DNA of 64,000 bases. Origin: Octopus sinensis. Taxonomy: Eukaryota. Made by a program: the position numbers and the translations under genes. The notes under the pieces are model-generated. The model made no database searches. It was given only the letters and a program-made list of their open reading frames with translations, and was not told the DNA's origin. Positions 12,735 to 26,488 of this stretch are shown one piece after another. The stretch covers positions 159,402,001-159,466,000 of the forward strand of contig NC_042999.1 in the NCBI RefSeq assembly GCF_006345805.1, read 5' to 3'. How positions within the stretch are numbered: the stretch's first letter is position 1; each line of letters starts with the position of its first letter.

Positions 12735-12980
12735 TCTTTTATTTTTCAGTACTTCAGTCATAAGAGTATGGTCATGCTGGGGCACCACCTACTACTAAAT
12801 TATTAATCGAGAGAATCGATCCCAGTACTTATATTTCTAAAACCTGGTACTTATTCTATCAGCTTTGTTTTTTTTTTTTTTGCTGAACCACTGGATTATG
12901 GGGACGTAAACACACCGACAACGGTTGTCAAGCAAGTCGTGGTGGGAGACAAGCACAGACACAAATGCAAACACACACAC
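12735..12980 (-). mobile_element. SINE family C, 3' half (degenerate)
   Basis: Homologous to the 3' half of 59326-59775. Confidence 0.6.
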
Positions 12981-13334
12981 ATATATAATGTACTGTTTTG
13001 CGATAGAAAATTCAACAAAAATGTTCTCCATCTTGTAAGAGATAAATATTATTTATTTAAATGTCACAACACATGCATTAAAGCGCCAGGAACAATGTCA
13101 TATGTTGAGAAATTTCAGACGTATTCTCCAGGTGCAAAAAGCATAACAAACAAAAAAATGAATAATAGAAGAGACATGAAAAACTATATGCTGCCTTCTT
13201 AGTTTTTTCGTGTTTCATCCATTATTCAAATTTTTTAGTTTGTTATTATATGTGAGTTGCACTTGAAGAATATGTTTGATATTCTCAACATATGAAATTA
13301 TTAGTAGTGTTTTAATATGTGTATTGTGACCTTT

Positions 13335-13364
13335 AAATTATATATATATATATATATATAATAT

Positions 13365-13395
<31 letters not shown>

Positions 13396-13422
13396 GATCA
13401 ATAAATTGATATATATATAAAT

Positions 13423-13479
<57 letters not shown>

Positions 13480-13493
13480 TATATATATATGTA

Positions 13494-13553
<60 letters not shown>

Positions 13554-13672
13554 CATAAATTGATATATATATATATAATATATATAATTGATATATATAT
13601 ATATAATATATATATATATATTATATATATATAATATATAAATATATATATATGTATATTTATATATATATA

Positions 13673-13703
<31 letters not shown>

Positions 13704-13756
13704 AATGTATATAAATGTATATTATATATATTATATATATATATATACATATATAC

Positions 13757-13815
<59 letters not shown>
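13335..13815. repeat. Interrupted (TA)n/(CA)n microsatellite
   Basis: Direct reading. Confidence 0.95.
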
Positions 13816-13819
13816 CATG

Positions 13820-13965
13820 ATGAGTTTCTTTCAGTTTCCGTCAACCAAATCCACTCACTAAGCTTGCGTCGGGCCGTCGATGAAAGCCTTGTCCAAGGTG
13901 CCACGCAGTAGGACAGAACCCCGAACCATGAGGTTGGGAAGTAAGCTTCTTACTACGCAGCCATT
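13820..13965 (-). mobile_element. SINE family C, 5' part (tRNA head and CORE-like domain)
   Basis: Reverse-complement homology to 59326-59490. Confidence 0.6.
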
Positions 13966-14226
13966 CTTTTGTTACACACACACACATACATACAATTTGT
14001 ATTTAAAATCATATTAATATAGAAATCGAAGAAAACCTTAAATCAAAAATTTCCATTAGTAGAAGGAAAAAAACTGTACTCCAAGGGTAAATTAATTAAT
14101 GTTAAGATAAATTTTAATTAATTAAAAAACCATTATATACATATATACACTCAATATACAAACGTTGATACATGCCTACATATATATACAAATACAGGCA
14201 AAACCTATATATATATAGGCAAAACC

Positions 14227-14260
<34 letters not shown>

Positions 14261-14499
14261 GTATATATACATTAATGCATATATAGGTATCCACGTACAT
14301 ATATATACACACATAATACTTGTTCATGTATATTTCTAAATATACATGGAGAAGTATATATTTGTTACAAGCTAGAGAAACAAAACGAAAAGAATATCAG
14401 ATAATGATAAGTGTTGGGAGAAAGAAAAAGAAAAAGAAGTGGTGGTAGAAAGAAAAAAGGAGAAGAAAAAATTATAAAAAGAAAATGAAAATAGACAGA

Positions 14500-14536
14500 G
14501 GGAGGGAGAGAGAGAGAGAGAGAGAGAGACAGAGAC

Positions 14537-14571
<35 letters not shown>

Positions 14572-14590
14572 CAGAGACAGAGAGGGAGAG
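14500..14590 (+). repeat. (AG)n/(AGAGAC)n tract
   Basis: Direct reading. Confidence 0.9.
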
Positions 14591-14972
14591 AAATAATTTG
14601 GAAGTTGGCTTTCCCAAAAAATATCTAAGAAATGTTAGATACTGCTGTAAGCTTGCAAACGCACACACATTAAAAGACATGCATATCTATATAAATACAT
14701 TCATAACACAATAGGAAGACACATGTACACATGCATATACATATACAAATAAACATATATGTAGATATATGTATATCTACATACATATATTCACATCAAA
14801 ATAAATATACACATATATACACCTTAACGTATATACGCATACAGAAATATTTTTTAAAAACTGTCGAGTGTGTAGAATATTAAAATGAGAAAATTGTACA
14901 ATTAATTAACATAGTATAATTAAATGTGATATAAATATATAAATTTAAACATATATATATATATATTCGAAA

Positions 14973-16251
14973 TAGGTTGGCAACTAATTTCCCGTTGTTT
15001 TTTTTTATTTTAATTTTTTAAAAGGTTTAATAAAAATAACAACTAATTAATCAATAATGTATTCACCCTTGTTGTTTACAACTTCTTCCCAACGTTCAAC
15101 AAGATTTTTAATACCTCGTTGGTAGAAATCACCCGATTTCGACACGAAAAATTGATACAACCAAGTTCCCAATTCTGCATCAATATCGAACAAAACCCCG
15201 CGCATAGTATTTGAAAGAGATCGAAAGAGGTGGAAATCCGTTGGTGTCAAATCAGGAGAGTACGGCGGGTGTGGCAGCATTTCAAGCCATGCGTTTGAAT
15301 GGCTTCTTTGGTCATATTGGCGATATGAGGGCAGGCATTGTCATGCAGCAGAAGAACTCCATGCTGCTGATTAGGTCTTTTCTCTTGAATAGCCGTGTTG
15401 AGTCGTTCCATCTGTTGAACATTATTCTGCGTTGACCATTTGGTTCCGTTCAAGTAATTCGTAATGGATAATCCCTTCCCAGTCCCACCATACGCAAAAC
15501 ATCGTTTTATGCGGATGAAGATCTTGTTTCACACGCAGTGTCGCTTGTTTACCGGGGCAAAGCCATTCCTTACGCTGCTTCATATTGATGTACAGGCACC
15601 ATTTTTCGTCGCCAGTAACGATTCGGTATAGAAATCGTTGCTTTTGTCCATGAGTTGAGCGGTGACGAGGAAGCAAACCAGCGGAGATTGTGGCTCGTTG
15701 GTTTTTGTTGTTGTTGTCACCTAAGCATGCGGAACCCATTCTCCATACTCTGAACCTTTCCCATCGAGTGGAGATGCTTCTCTATAGCAGTGTGGGAGCA
15801 TTCCATTTTCTCTACCAGTCACCTTGTCGTTAGTCAAGAATTTTCGTGCAAAAGTTGGTTTAATCGCTCTTCGTCGAACTCAACTGGACGGCCAGAATGA
15901 GGTGCGTCTTTGAGGTCAAAATTTCCATTTTTGAACTTGGCATACCATACACGAGTGGTTCTTTCAGCTATGGCTCCCACTCCATACACAGCACAAATGT
16001 TGGGACAGCTTTTGCGGTCTTAGAACGTTGATTAAATGTAAAAAGAAGGAGGTGTCGAAAATGCTCGTTTTTCTTAATTTGACACTCCGTTTTAACGATC
16101 TAAACAAATATTTAACTAAAATTAACTAGAAAAAAAAAAAATTCGAAAATGATTCAAACATAGAATTCTCGAAAAAATAGATTCCAAAATTTAAAAACAC
16201 AATAAATTCCAAAATTTTTAAAACGTCGGGAACTTAGTTGCCAACCCAATA
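14973..16251 (-). mobile_element. Mariner (Tc1/mariner, DD34D) DNA transposon, ~1.28 kb, inactive
   Basis: ~30-bp TIRs TAGGTTGGCAACTAATTTCCCG / CGGGAACTTAGTTGCCAACCCAATA; TA context; transposase motifs inside. Confidence 0.92.
15047..16090 (-). pseudogene. Mariner transposase pseudogene
   Basis: SGRP, GEWVPH, IVTGDEKW, LLHDNACPH, HPPYSPDLTPTD motifs spread over several frames; start codon ACG; stops and frameshifts. Confidence 0.92.
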
Positions 16252-16441
16252 TGGCGTAGCGGTTAAGATGGCGGGCTACGAACCCCAAGATTCCGAGTTC
16301 GATTTCAAGCAGTGACCTGAATAATAATAATAATTATTATTATTATTATTTATTTTTATTATTATTATCATAATAATATTATAATAATAATAATAATCAT
16401 AATAATAATAATTATAATATTTTTTGATATTATTATTATTA

Positions 16442-16501
<60 letters not shown>

Positions 16502-16645
16502 CATAATGATATCAAAAAATATCTTAGGAATGAGAACCCAGGTTCGAAATTTCCCCAAGACACCTGATGAAGGCTGGAGGGTAGGTACATCAGCCGAAAC
16601 GTTGAGGACAAATATCCATCAAATGTAAATAATGTAAATAATGTA
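16252..16645 (+). mobile_element. tRNA-headed SINE-like element with internal (AAT/ATT)n and a Penelope-like tail
   Basis: GGCGTAGCGGTTAAG (A box), GAGTTCGATT (B box); tail ends in TGTAAATAATGTAAATAATGTA; related tail fragment in reverse at ~27843-27905. Confidence 0.6.
16560..16607 (+). ncRNA. Minimal hammerhead-ribozyme-like motif (Penelope type), stem I degenerate
   Basis: CTGATGA-A-GGCTG...CAGCC-GAAA-CGTT: catalytic core, 5-bp stem II, palindromic AACGTT stem III. Confidence 0.45.
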
Positions 16646-16838
16646 GGAAGTTTTTGTTCTATATGAATAAACCTTTTGACTAGAACAAAGCATTTAAAGA
16701 TTCATAGTCGCCAATGCAATTTATTGGAACGTTTCATTTTCACGCTGAAACAGCGTCGTTTTTAAAGCATATGTATATAGGGAAATGATTAAAACCATTT
16801 ATATAATGATAATAATAATAATAATAATATTAATAATA

Positions 16839-16892
<54 letters not shown>

Positions 16893-16895
16893 TAA

Positions 16896-17281
16896 TGGAA
16901 GCACTCCGTCGGTTACGACGACGAGGGTTCCGGTTGATCCGAATCAACGGAACAGCCTGCTCGTGAAATTAACGTGTAAGTGGCTGAGCACTCCACAGAC
17001 ACGTGTACCCTTAACTTAGTTCTCGGGGATATTCAGCGTGACACAGAGAGTGACAAGGCCGGTCCTTTGAAATACAGGTACAACAGAAACAGGAAGTAAG
17101 AGAGAGAGAGAAAGTTGTGGTGAAAGAGTACAGCAGGGATCACCACCATCCCCTGCCGGAGCATCGTGGAGCTTTTAGGTGTTTTCGCTCAATAAACACT
17201 CACAACGCCCGGTATGGGAATCGAAACCGCGATCCTATGACCGCGAGTCCGCTGCCCTAACCACTGGGCCATTGCGCCTCC
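16896..17281 (-). mobile_element. SINE family A, tandem copy 1, inserted in (AAT)n
   Basis: Full family-A sequence. Confidence 0.9.
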
Positions 17282-17314
17282 ACAATAATGACAATAATAA
17301 TAATAATAATAATA

Positions 17315-17376
<62 letters not shown>

Positions 17377-17379
17377 TAA

Positions 17380-17765
17380 TGGAAGCACTCCGTCGGTTAC
17401 GACGACGAGGGTTCCGGTTGATCCGAATCAACGGAACAGCCTGCTCGTGAAATTAACGTGTAAGTGGCTGAGCACTCCACAGACACGTGTACCCTTAACT
17501 TAGTTCTCGGGGATATTCAGCGTGACACAGAGAGTGACAAGGCCGGTCCTTTGAAATACAGGTACAACAGAAACAGGAAGTAAGAGAGAGAGAGAAAGTT
17601 GTGGTGAAAGAGTACAGCAGGGATCACCACCATCCCCTGCCGGAGCATCGTGGAGCTTTTAGGTGTTTTCGCTCAATAAACACTCACAACGCCCGGTATG
17701 GGAATCGAAACCGCGATCCTATGACCGCGAGTCCGCTGCCCTAACCACTGGGCCATTGCGCCTCC
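17380..17765 (-). mobile_element. SINE family A, tandem copy 2 (apparently identical to 16896-17281)
   Basis: Same private variants and same flanks. Confidence 0.9.
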
Positions 17766-17776
17766 ACAATAATGAC

Positions 17777-17855
<79 letters not shown>

Positions 17856-18965
17856 GTCATTTTATCGACTGTAGGAAGATAAAAAGCATACTCAACTTCG
17901 CAGAAATCATCTAGTTTAACTCTTTAGTTCTACGAAATATAAAATACTAGGATAAAGTATTGCTATGTTTCCTTATATAGCACCAATTATTTTTCTTACT
18001 GTTTGAAATATATTTACCAATGATTGAAACGAAAGACATTTATATACACACGGATCTTAATATAAGCCTATATACTTGTTTCTGTTTGCATTTCATATCT
18101 TGATAATCTGGTGTAAAATTTTAGTCGGTAACTAGATAGAAGGAATATTAATGCCCAAGCTCAAAATTGCCAGTGAAACGAAAGCAGAACCTTGTTTTGC
18201 CTTTCGGTGGAACTCTTATTTCAAATTCTAACTTGTGGATTTTGTGTACGTTCCATTCAAAATATATTATATAATGAATGTAATTCTTGCAATCGCCAAA
18301 ATAAACCAATATCTGAAAAGAGAAGTAGCTACGTGTGCATTGAAGGAAGTAATTAATCACTTTCATCCTTATTTGATTTCTGATTTTATTTTATTTCCTT
18401 TATAAACCATCACTATTTTGTATGTATGAAATCCATACCTCTAGGAGTTTCTCCTTTAACATTCTATTCTAATACAGAAGGAAAAATAAATTTACCAACA
18501 GATTTGATCTGAGCTTGTGTTGGAACTAAAACAATTATTATCCTTATATAAGGAAGTAAGGAGACCTGCATTTAATACACGTTACTAAAAGTCTCCGACG
18601 CTATGTAATATGTGATCAATTTTGTTCTGCATAATGTATTAAAATTGTGTTTAGAATTTAGAGGCAACAATGAAAGCTACGACGTTTTGTATACGAAGAT
18701 GTCTATGTAAGCAATGCAATCGAAGACAGAAAAATAGGTAATGGTTGTATATGCATATTTCAGGAGTTATTGCTCTTTCTTCAGTATCACATTCAACCCA
18801 CTAAATATCCACGAATACATTGCTTAAATAACCTCTAAGTTTAGCTGTGTAGCGCTATTGCATAGACTAATTTATACCTCAAACACATTGCTGGCAACTG
18901 GTACGAACATATTAATTACTGATAAGGATTCAGTATTTCGATTTGCAAACAAACATACTACCACG

Positions 18966-19346
18966 TATATTAAAGATTTATAAGTCAATACTAATCCTAC
19001 TTTGTGTTAGCAGTGCGTTGTTTTCATTTTTTAAATCTCTACAGATTTTCCGCAGAATTTAGGGCCAGCACTGAAAATTACGTTTGGTATACATGTATTT
19101 AAACAATGAGATGGTTCTGGTACTGAAGAAGAAGGAATCACCATTGTGATATCCATGTAAATCCTTTATCTGCTTTTTTGTCTTCTATTGCATTGCTTAC
19201 ATAGACGTATTCGTACACGAAACATCGTAACTTTCAGCGCTGGCTCTAAATTCTATAGAAAATCTATCGAGAGACACTTAGAAAATGAAAACAATGCATT
19301 GCTAAAACAAGACTGAACACGGTATTGACTTTTAAACTTTTAATAC
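18966..19346. mobile_element. Foldback/MITE-like element with ~115-bp imperfect inverted arms
   Basis: Left arm ...AGAATTTAGGGCCAGCACTGAAAATTACG versus right arm CGTAACTTTCAGCGCTGGCTCTAAATTCT... Confidence 0.7.
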
Positions 19347-19412
19347 ACTTGGCAGTAAGTTAAGGTTGTAAAACGAAATACAGTGTCCCTTCCAGTGATT
19401 AAAATATATTAA

Positions 19413-19788
19413 ACTAGCAGTATCGCCCGGCGTTGCTTGGGTTTGTAAGGGAAAGAGATGTAAAGTATAATAGCCATCTCAATATGGCTAACCACAAAGG
19501 GGGGGTGTTACTGTAGCTTTTTACGTTCTGAGATTTAATAATACATTTTTAGAGAGTTACTTCCCTTATATATGCCAAAAATGCATTAAAATGGGAAAAA
19601 TTGATGGTAAATTTTTTTTAAATCGTAGACTCATCGTAGACGCGCGCTAACACCCAGAAGGGCTCGATATGAATCACGACTATAAGATACCCGGTTTTGG
19701 TTAAACTGCACCGCAAAATGTGGGAGTAGTTAGGAATCTAAATCGTAGGAGACAGACAGCACACAACCTCACTTTTATATATAAAGAT
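19413..19788 (+). mobile_element. Non-autonomous Helitron/Helentron-like element (Lep1/HINE-style termini)
   Basis: Starts ACTAGCAGTATCGCCCGGCGTTGC with a CCCG..GGG sub-terminal hairpin; ends GACAGACAG...CTTTTATATATAAAGAT. Confidence 0.6.
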
Positions 19789-20349
19789 GACATAAATAGA
19801 TTGCCATTCATATTACCTTAGTGAGTATAAGCATAAAAGTAAGCATATATTATTGACTTTTTAAAGAAGATATATATGAACTATGTAACTGCTTAAACTA
19901 TTTATTTTTATCTTAGCCGTATGTATTTAAGTACAGATGAAATATTTGTAAGACAGAGTGGGAGAATGTTTAGCAATTGACACGAACTAACAGCTATTTG
20001 ATGGTGTCCTCTCTACAAAAGCTATAGATTAGGTTCTTTTAGCAGAAAGGAAAATGGCAACGTTGCTACGTTCGTGCTTTTCGTCAAAAGTATTAATGCT
20101 CAAAATGAATTGAAATTGCTCTTGTTGGAGATTGTGTAGGATGGGAGGATTCGACGAGAACTGTGAAATGCATAGTTATGTATCTCTAGATATCCGAAAA
20201 TTTTCTTGATAGAACAGCCTGGTGTAATTCTTTATAAGGTATTGTTATTAACAATATGATATTAGTCTCTTGTAGACCAAGTAAGTCAGTTCTACTATTT
20301 TTTGCTGAACAACTTGCACAAACGATTTGTTTACAATGATCACATGTTT

Positions 20350-20550
20350 GTGCTGTACATTAGCTCAATACTTCCATTAAATCGGCGTTGCCTGAACAGA
20401 TGCACAATGTACCATACGTCAGTTGTCGACGTAATCGCAGAGCAACGTGAGAGAAGTCTCTTGCTCAAGAACTAAACGTATCACAGGGTCCATAAATTGA
20501 ACCCACGATCTCACGTTCGCGGGTGCGACACTTTAACCTCTAGGTTGTGC
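20350..20550 (-). mobile_element. Degenerate tRNA-derived SINE
   Basis: Reverse complement of a B box (GAACCCACGATCTC) and CTTGAGCAAGA-type core. Confidence 0.45.
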
Positions 20551-22051
20551 CACCTCACACAATATGGCATACGGAGATGTAAGCAACACTAGAGGCATGA
20601 AAAGGATTTAAAATCGAATACGAGATTCATCGAAATTAAACGTCACCCATCGTTTAAGCTGACAACGGAGCAATCGCCAAATCTATAAAAATCAAGTAAA
20701 GTGCTATTGTTCATCACTACGAATGAAATTTTAGGCGACAAGTTCAGCACAGTATCACGACACGAACCTCCAACCTCAAAGTCTTTTGTCTCACAGCTAC
20801 GTAGTTCTGAATATTTTACTCATTCTAAATGTTATTCAATAGTGGAGAAACGTGTCTTGCATAGTCTGAGGCGACATATAACATATTCTTAGATACACTA
20901 TATTTGTAAAAAAATGGGATTGGCGTGACTGAAATAGCTTTACGCAACGGCCTGCTCCAACAGCCATAACCTGAGGTTAAAGAAAATCAATAAAGGGAAG
21001 TTATGAATCCAGACATTGTTAGAGGATTAGAAAATATCAATCATTATACTCTTCAAAAATAGATAATACAGCGAAAACTGATCTCGGCCATTATTCCCGT
21101 ATAAAGTTGCAATCTCTCAACAGATTCTACCAGAATGTAGAGGGAGAGAAATGACTAATGTGAGCTCTCTGAAACATAAAACTAGATCATTAACCCCTTG
21201 CTTTGAATATTTAGTCACACAGCAACCACCTTACAATCACATTCAGCTTTTCACTCCTTATTTCCATGAATGAGGTGCTCATTTGAAGTAATGCTGAAAT
21301 TTGAAATTCGGTGGTTCTTTTCTCGAAATAGATTTCACCACGGTATTAGAGTGAGCTGAAAAATGCATAGGTTGACTGTGCATTAATGTCAACTCCTCAT
21401 CGATAACTGCATTGTTTCTTTCCCGGTAAAATGACATCTGAATGTTCAAAGAAGACTTCAAAGTAACTAGCTGTGAGTTCTCTTGAAAACCGGCAAAATT
21501 TGACATCGTGGTGTTATGAAAGTACCTGCAGAAAAATGGTTTAATCCCCCAACGACATTTAGGCTGACACGGTTGTTAAATTAGGGGATGCCGCTCCAGT
21601 TCAAAAACAGGCTGCTGAATTTAGGTGGGGAAGGGAGAGCGAAGAAGGTGACTCAAGGTCTGAATGTCCTGCCACTACAGAGGAAAACAGTGATAATAAA
21701 AAAGACAGCGAAAATTCTTGCAAGGCGAACGATTTTGTATATTTTTTTATATACGAAGCTGAGACGGATAAATATTCTGATTCAACATTGAGTAATGTTG
21801 AATATATCCGTGGATACACATGTTCACGCATGTTGGTGCACGCACTGAATCAGCATATTTAATATTTTGACTATTGCTATATAAATTGAAGAGATATAAC
21901 AAAGCTACATAGACGGTAAATATGCTACAGTGGCTCTTTATCAGCCGGATTAAAACTTATAGCAATAAATAAAAGTATACATAATTATATACACCACATG
22001 CAAGCATAAATACGTACTTGAATATATCTGTGTGCCTGTGAGTGTGTGTGT

Positions 22052-22114
<63 letters not shown>

Positions 22115-22218
22115 TAAGATTGGTGAGATGACGTAGTTCTATGAAAGTATCCTTATAAAGTGGTTGCACAGATGATTTTTGACATGTATATACGACATAA
22201 ATATTATTAAACAACAAT

Positions 22219-22293
<75 letters not shown>

Positions 22294-24033
22294 ATAAAAC
22301 TGTGACTCACCTTCTCAGTTAGGGTAAATCTGTTAACAAATTTTTAAAAGTATGCCGTATTCTCCCCAGGTATATGATGGATAAAATAAAGATATCCGTT
22401 CCCTTGGCAGGTTGAATCAGCTATGAGTCAAGAGCGCTATTAACTTGCTTAAAGCTGTATAATTAATATACCGTAAAGAGAAACATCGATCTATGCATAC
22501 ATAAATACATACACACACACACAGACAGATGCATACATTCACTAATTAATAAGTACACTTTGCTGCCATCCTTGATAGGCAGATTGTTTTTCTTGGACAC
22601 GTATTTTCTCGCCCTATTCTTTACACCCGCATTGACAGAATTTACACAATTTCTCATGCACACAAATACATACACGTAGAAAAACCAGTAATATCACACA
22701 AATGACACATATAAGATCTATATAAATAACAATAACAAGACAAGCAAAATAACAGGTTCATTCAGACCAGTACTCACACGCACTATATCTCTTTTATTTC
22801 CGAATGAATCGACCATCAGGAGGAATGTTCTGGAGAGATGTTCACACATACTTAAATTTTATATATATATTGTCTTATATTGTAAGATACAAAATAACAT
22901 ATATAAACCCACAAGCATACATATATGGAGACCATTAAATGAATATAATGAATATTTTCACATAAACAAACAATAGCAAATCTAAAAGATTGTTTTGCAT
23001 GGAAATAATATGGAGACATCAATAAAATTTTTAAGAGATTACACATGGCTAAATTATTTACCTGTTCTGGGCATGCTGTCTTCATAATAAAAGTAATGAT
23101 TGATGTATACCAAGCAATTGTTTGTTGTAGCAATTTATATGAATAATTGTTTTCAAAAATCGAAACCAGTTCAATATATAATCTTGTTATCGTTGGAATG
23201 CTCAAATCGATAATAGCCAACAACAAATTTTATAGTGCAAGATCAATGAATATAAGTGTTATTGTTTCTAAAAAATACAGGTAAGCACATGTCTGGTGAG
23301 TATGATGATCGGACAGCCGCCAAACTTCCAACAGAAATACAACTAACATTCAATTAAACGCCAGTATTCGGTTATAAGAATGGAAGTAGGGTTTAGTGTA
23401 AAAATGCCTTGATTAACTGGCATTCAAGAGCATCGACATAAGAGCTTTATACAAATATTAACGTTTAAATATAATTTTTGGCCAAATATCAATTTTTTAT
23501 ACATCGATTTACAATTGGCAGGTCACCTGTTATTAGTGAAAACATAATATCGCGTAACCAGGATTTATAAAGGAGGGGTTCAGTTAGTACACTGGTCCGA
23601 GGTTTGAAGAGTTAAGACCAGCATATTTTCCTCACTTAAAAAAAGCTCAAATCTCCTTTTCAATGCATTATTTCACAAAAGGTTAACCAACTTGTAATTC
23701 ATTACGTCTGTTTTTAACCTTCTCTGTTTGATAAAAATTTTAATCGTATGAAAATACAACGTTGACCGGCTTCAATTTAAGTTCTCTAAATAATGTATTA
23801 ACTAATATTTCCGAAACGGAAAGCTCAGTATAAAAACTTATACTCCCTGAAGCTATCATCTATTTGCAGATGACCTGATGCTACTTGGCTGATCAGAATG
23901 CTACCTCAACTACGCTGAATGGGTTTGCTACCGACTTGTTCAAGGTAGGGATGAGATTTTAGTGCCGCGAAGACTGAAACATTTGTCCTCTTAACAAATT
24001 CTTTTTCAATGCACTCTGAATGTTAGTGAAACA

Positions 24034-24673
24034 TCATCATCATCAGTGTTCGACCGTGGTCGAGATAATGGAATTTACCATACTACGCCAGACTTCACGG
24101 TCCATCATTGCATTGCGGAGGTCCTGTTGCTGGATGCCTGTATCCCTGGAGATTACATCAGGGTAGGAGAGTGTGCGCCTTCTGGTATTGCGAGTAGATG
24201 GCTTCCAGAGGAGAAGAGTAGAAATTACCTCTTTTTCAGCTCTACAACAATGTCCAGCAAACTGGACTCTTTTACCTTTCACAAGAGATGACACAGGTGA
24301 TAGTTTCCCATATATTTGCATTTTGGTTGGATGGCGCTTCCACGAGAGATTTTGAGCTCTCATAAGGTGGCGAGTGTAGGTTCCATCCAACCGCCTCTCA
24401 AGCTTCTTTGATAACGTCCAGGTTTCTGAGCCATATAGTAGAATTGGTTCGACTGTGGCTTTGAAGATTTTAAGTTTGAAGTCTCTACTTAGATTTGATG
24501 ACCAGATCTTATGCATGTCATTACAGGCTGACCAGGCCATACCCTTTCTAGTTAGAAAGTATTTTCCAGATGATGATATGTATGACCCAAGATATTTGTA
24601 ATCAGAAACCATATTTAAGGGCGCATTGTTGAGAGTATGGATGATGCAATCACTGTTGGAGTTAAGAAACATC
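24034..24673 (-). mobile_element. 5'-truncated RTE-clade (RTE-X-like) LINE, C-terminal RT region
   Basis: 209-aa ORF with YKYLGS, ILLYGSETWTL, QFAGHC, DREVWR; (TGA)n tail; TSD AGTGAAACA at 24025-24033 and 24674-24682. Confidence 0.88.
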
Positions 24674-24689
24674 AGTGAAACAAGCGAAG

Positions 24690-25180
24690 ACGTTTACGTA
24701 TCTTGGGTTCGTATTCAAGAGTTGGTTGCAGAAAGCTGAATTGCATGCTAGAATTGAAGTTACTGGTACCATAGTACACTAGCTCTGTCCTCAGAGGGGG
24801 AGAAGTGTGCCTATTCTCGCTGATGGTCATGAATGTTGGGTAATGACTGAAAGAGAACGATCGTGACTACAAACGACTGAAATGGGGTTCCTCAAAAATT
24901 CTGAAGTAACATCAGAGTAACGACAAGTGCGTAGATCGAAGATCAGGGAGCCAGCAGATCGAACCGCTAGCTATCCATATCGAGAGGTCACAGTTCTGGT
25001 ACAACCGACATGGAATTAGAATGTCACAGAAAGGAAAGTTCCGCAAGACAGATTTTTCAAGCTGAGCCATGAACGTCATGGCTGGATAATTTTTATATAC
25101 TCAGATGGTCGCGCTGAAAATCCAGCCGGAAAGTAATGATAATTGCTTTTGATAGGACCTTATGGAGGAGGTCCTTGAGG
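24690..25180 (+). mobile_element. Old degenerate RTE-type LINE 3' fragment
   Basis: Broken GHECWVMTE.., EMGFL, EPL..HIERSQ motifs typical of the RTE C-terminus. Confidence 0.5.
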
Positions 25181-26488
25181 ACTCTCCCAACACGCTCTTC
25201 CCAGGAATAGTGGGTGGTGGTTATGGATGCATGGACAGATGGATAGTTATATGTAGTTTTTAATGCTCTTTTATTATTTCTTTTATTATTTATGAAACTA
25301 CGAACCCACTGCAATGATTACGTTGCAATTTAATTTTCGTTTTAGTTACTTTTTAAAGTTGTTGTGCGTTTGCCTAAAACGGGTTGATTTTTGCGAATGA
25401 AATTTTTTTACATTATACAAAAAAGCGAGATTGATCGTTAAGAAATCTCAAATCTTGATTCGTGAAGTAGCTTGATCTTATTAACACGCAACATCTACCC
25501 CACTTATTTTGATTCATATAATGAGATTTGAGTAAGGAATGTAGTCTAAATAGAGACGGACTATAGATAAGAGCTGGAAAATATGTCTCAAACAAGAATA
25601 GAAAGAGTTGTTTCCGTGTAAAATGTGATGTGGAATCGAGGCTGGATGAAGTCCAATAATGCAAATGAGGAGGGGGAATTGACCTGCGAGTTTAGTTTTG
25701 TTTATTTCTTTTTTATTTTGGTGGGAGTTTTGTTGTTTTTATTCATCTTTAGAACGTTTAAAGGGTACTAGTGCTTCAAAATATGAAAATCCATGATGGG
25801 CCGCTGATCTGAAGGGTTAATCAAAATCTGTCGAATACATGCCCCACATAGACACGCCTATTCCCGTCTATTCTCACTTCATTCCATGAGATAGACGAAT
25901 ACTAATGCGTTACAAAATCAAACTAACAAAGCAACTGAAAGACCAAACTCTCTCAACAGATGTGGTATCAGCTCACCTGTGACCAGGCAGACTTATGATC
26001 AAACACAAATTTGAAACTCTACCAAAAGTACTTGTGCTTCAGGTGATGGTATTAAAACCAGAAGAAAAAGGAAATACCTTCTACACATTTTATAACAAGT
26101 CTACATGAGAAAAATGGTAAGTGCAAAATCACAAGCCAAGTAAAGTATGTGTGCAATTCAACGAGTGTCCTTCAGCCAGGCAGCAATCGTTGACAGAATG
26201 TATCAAGGACAGCACCAAATAGGATAAAAGGGGACGAAAGAAGAGGAACGGAATGTTTAGATGCAATGACTATCACTGGTTGCTAGCAAGAAGTCCAAAC
26301 ATAGATACATTTAAAGTTCAAAACAGAACGGTTTTGAGGATAAGAAAATAAATTCTGCAGAATTCTTTCTTCTTCAGTGTTTACTTCCTTTCACTATTTT
26401 TTCTCTGGATGTGCCCGTAAAAAATGAGCTTAAACTATTTGGAATACCTTGAGCAGATAAAAAATTCTGCGATATTATCAAATGTTTT

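Noticed and set aside
20277-20281. 5-nt micro-exon candidate ttgtag|ACCAA|gtaagt
   Set aside because: Splice-like motifs arise often by chance; no supporting gene model.
25820-26330. piggyBac-like C-terminal remnant (GKCKITSQVKYVC; AGGGTTAA)
   Set aside because: Too degenerate to delimit or assign.
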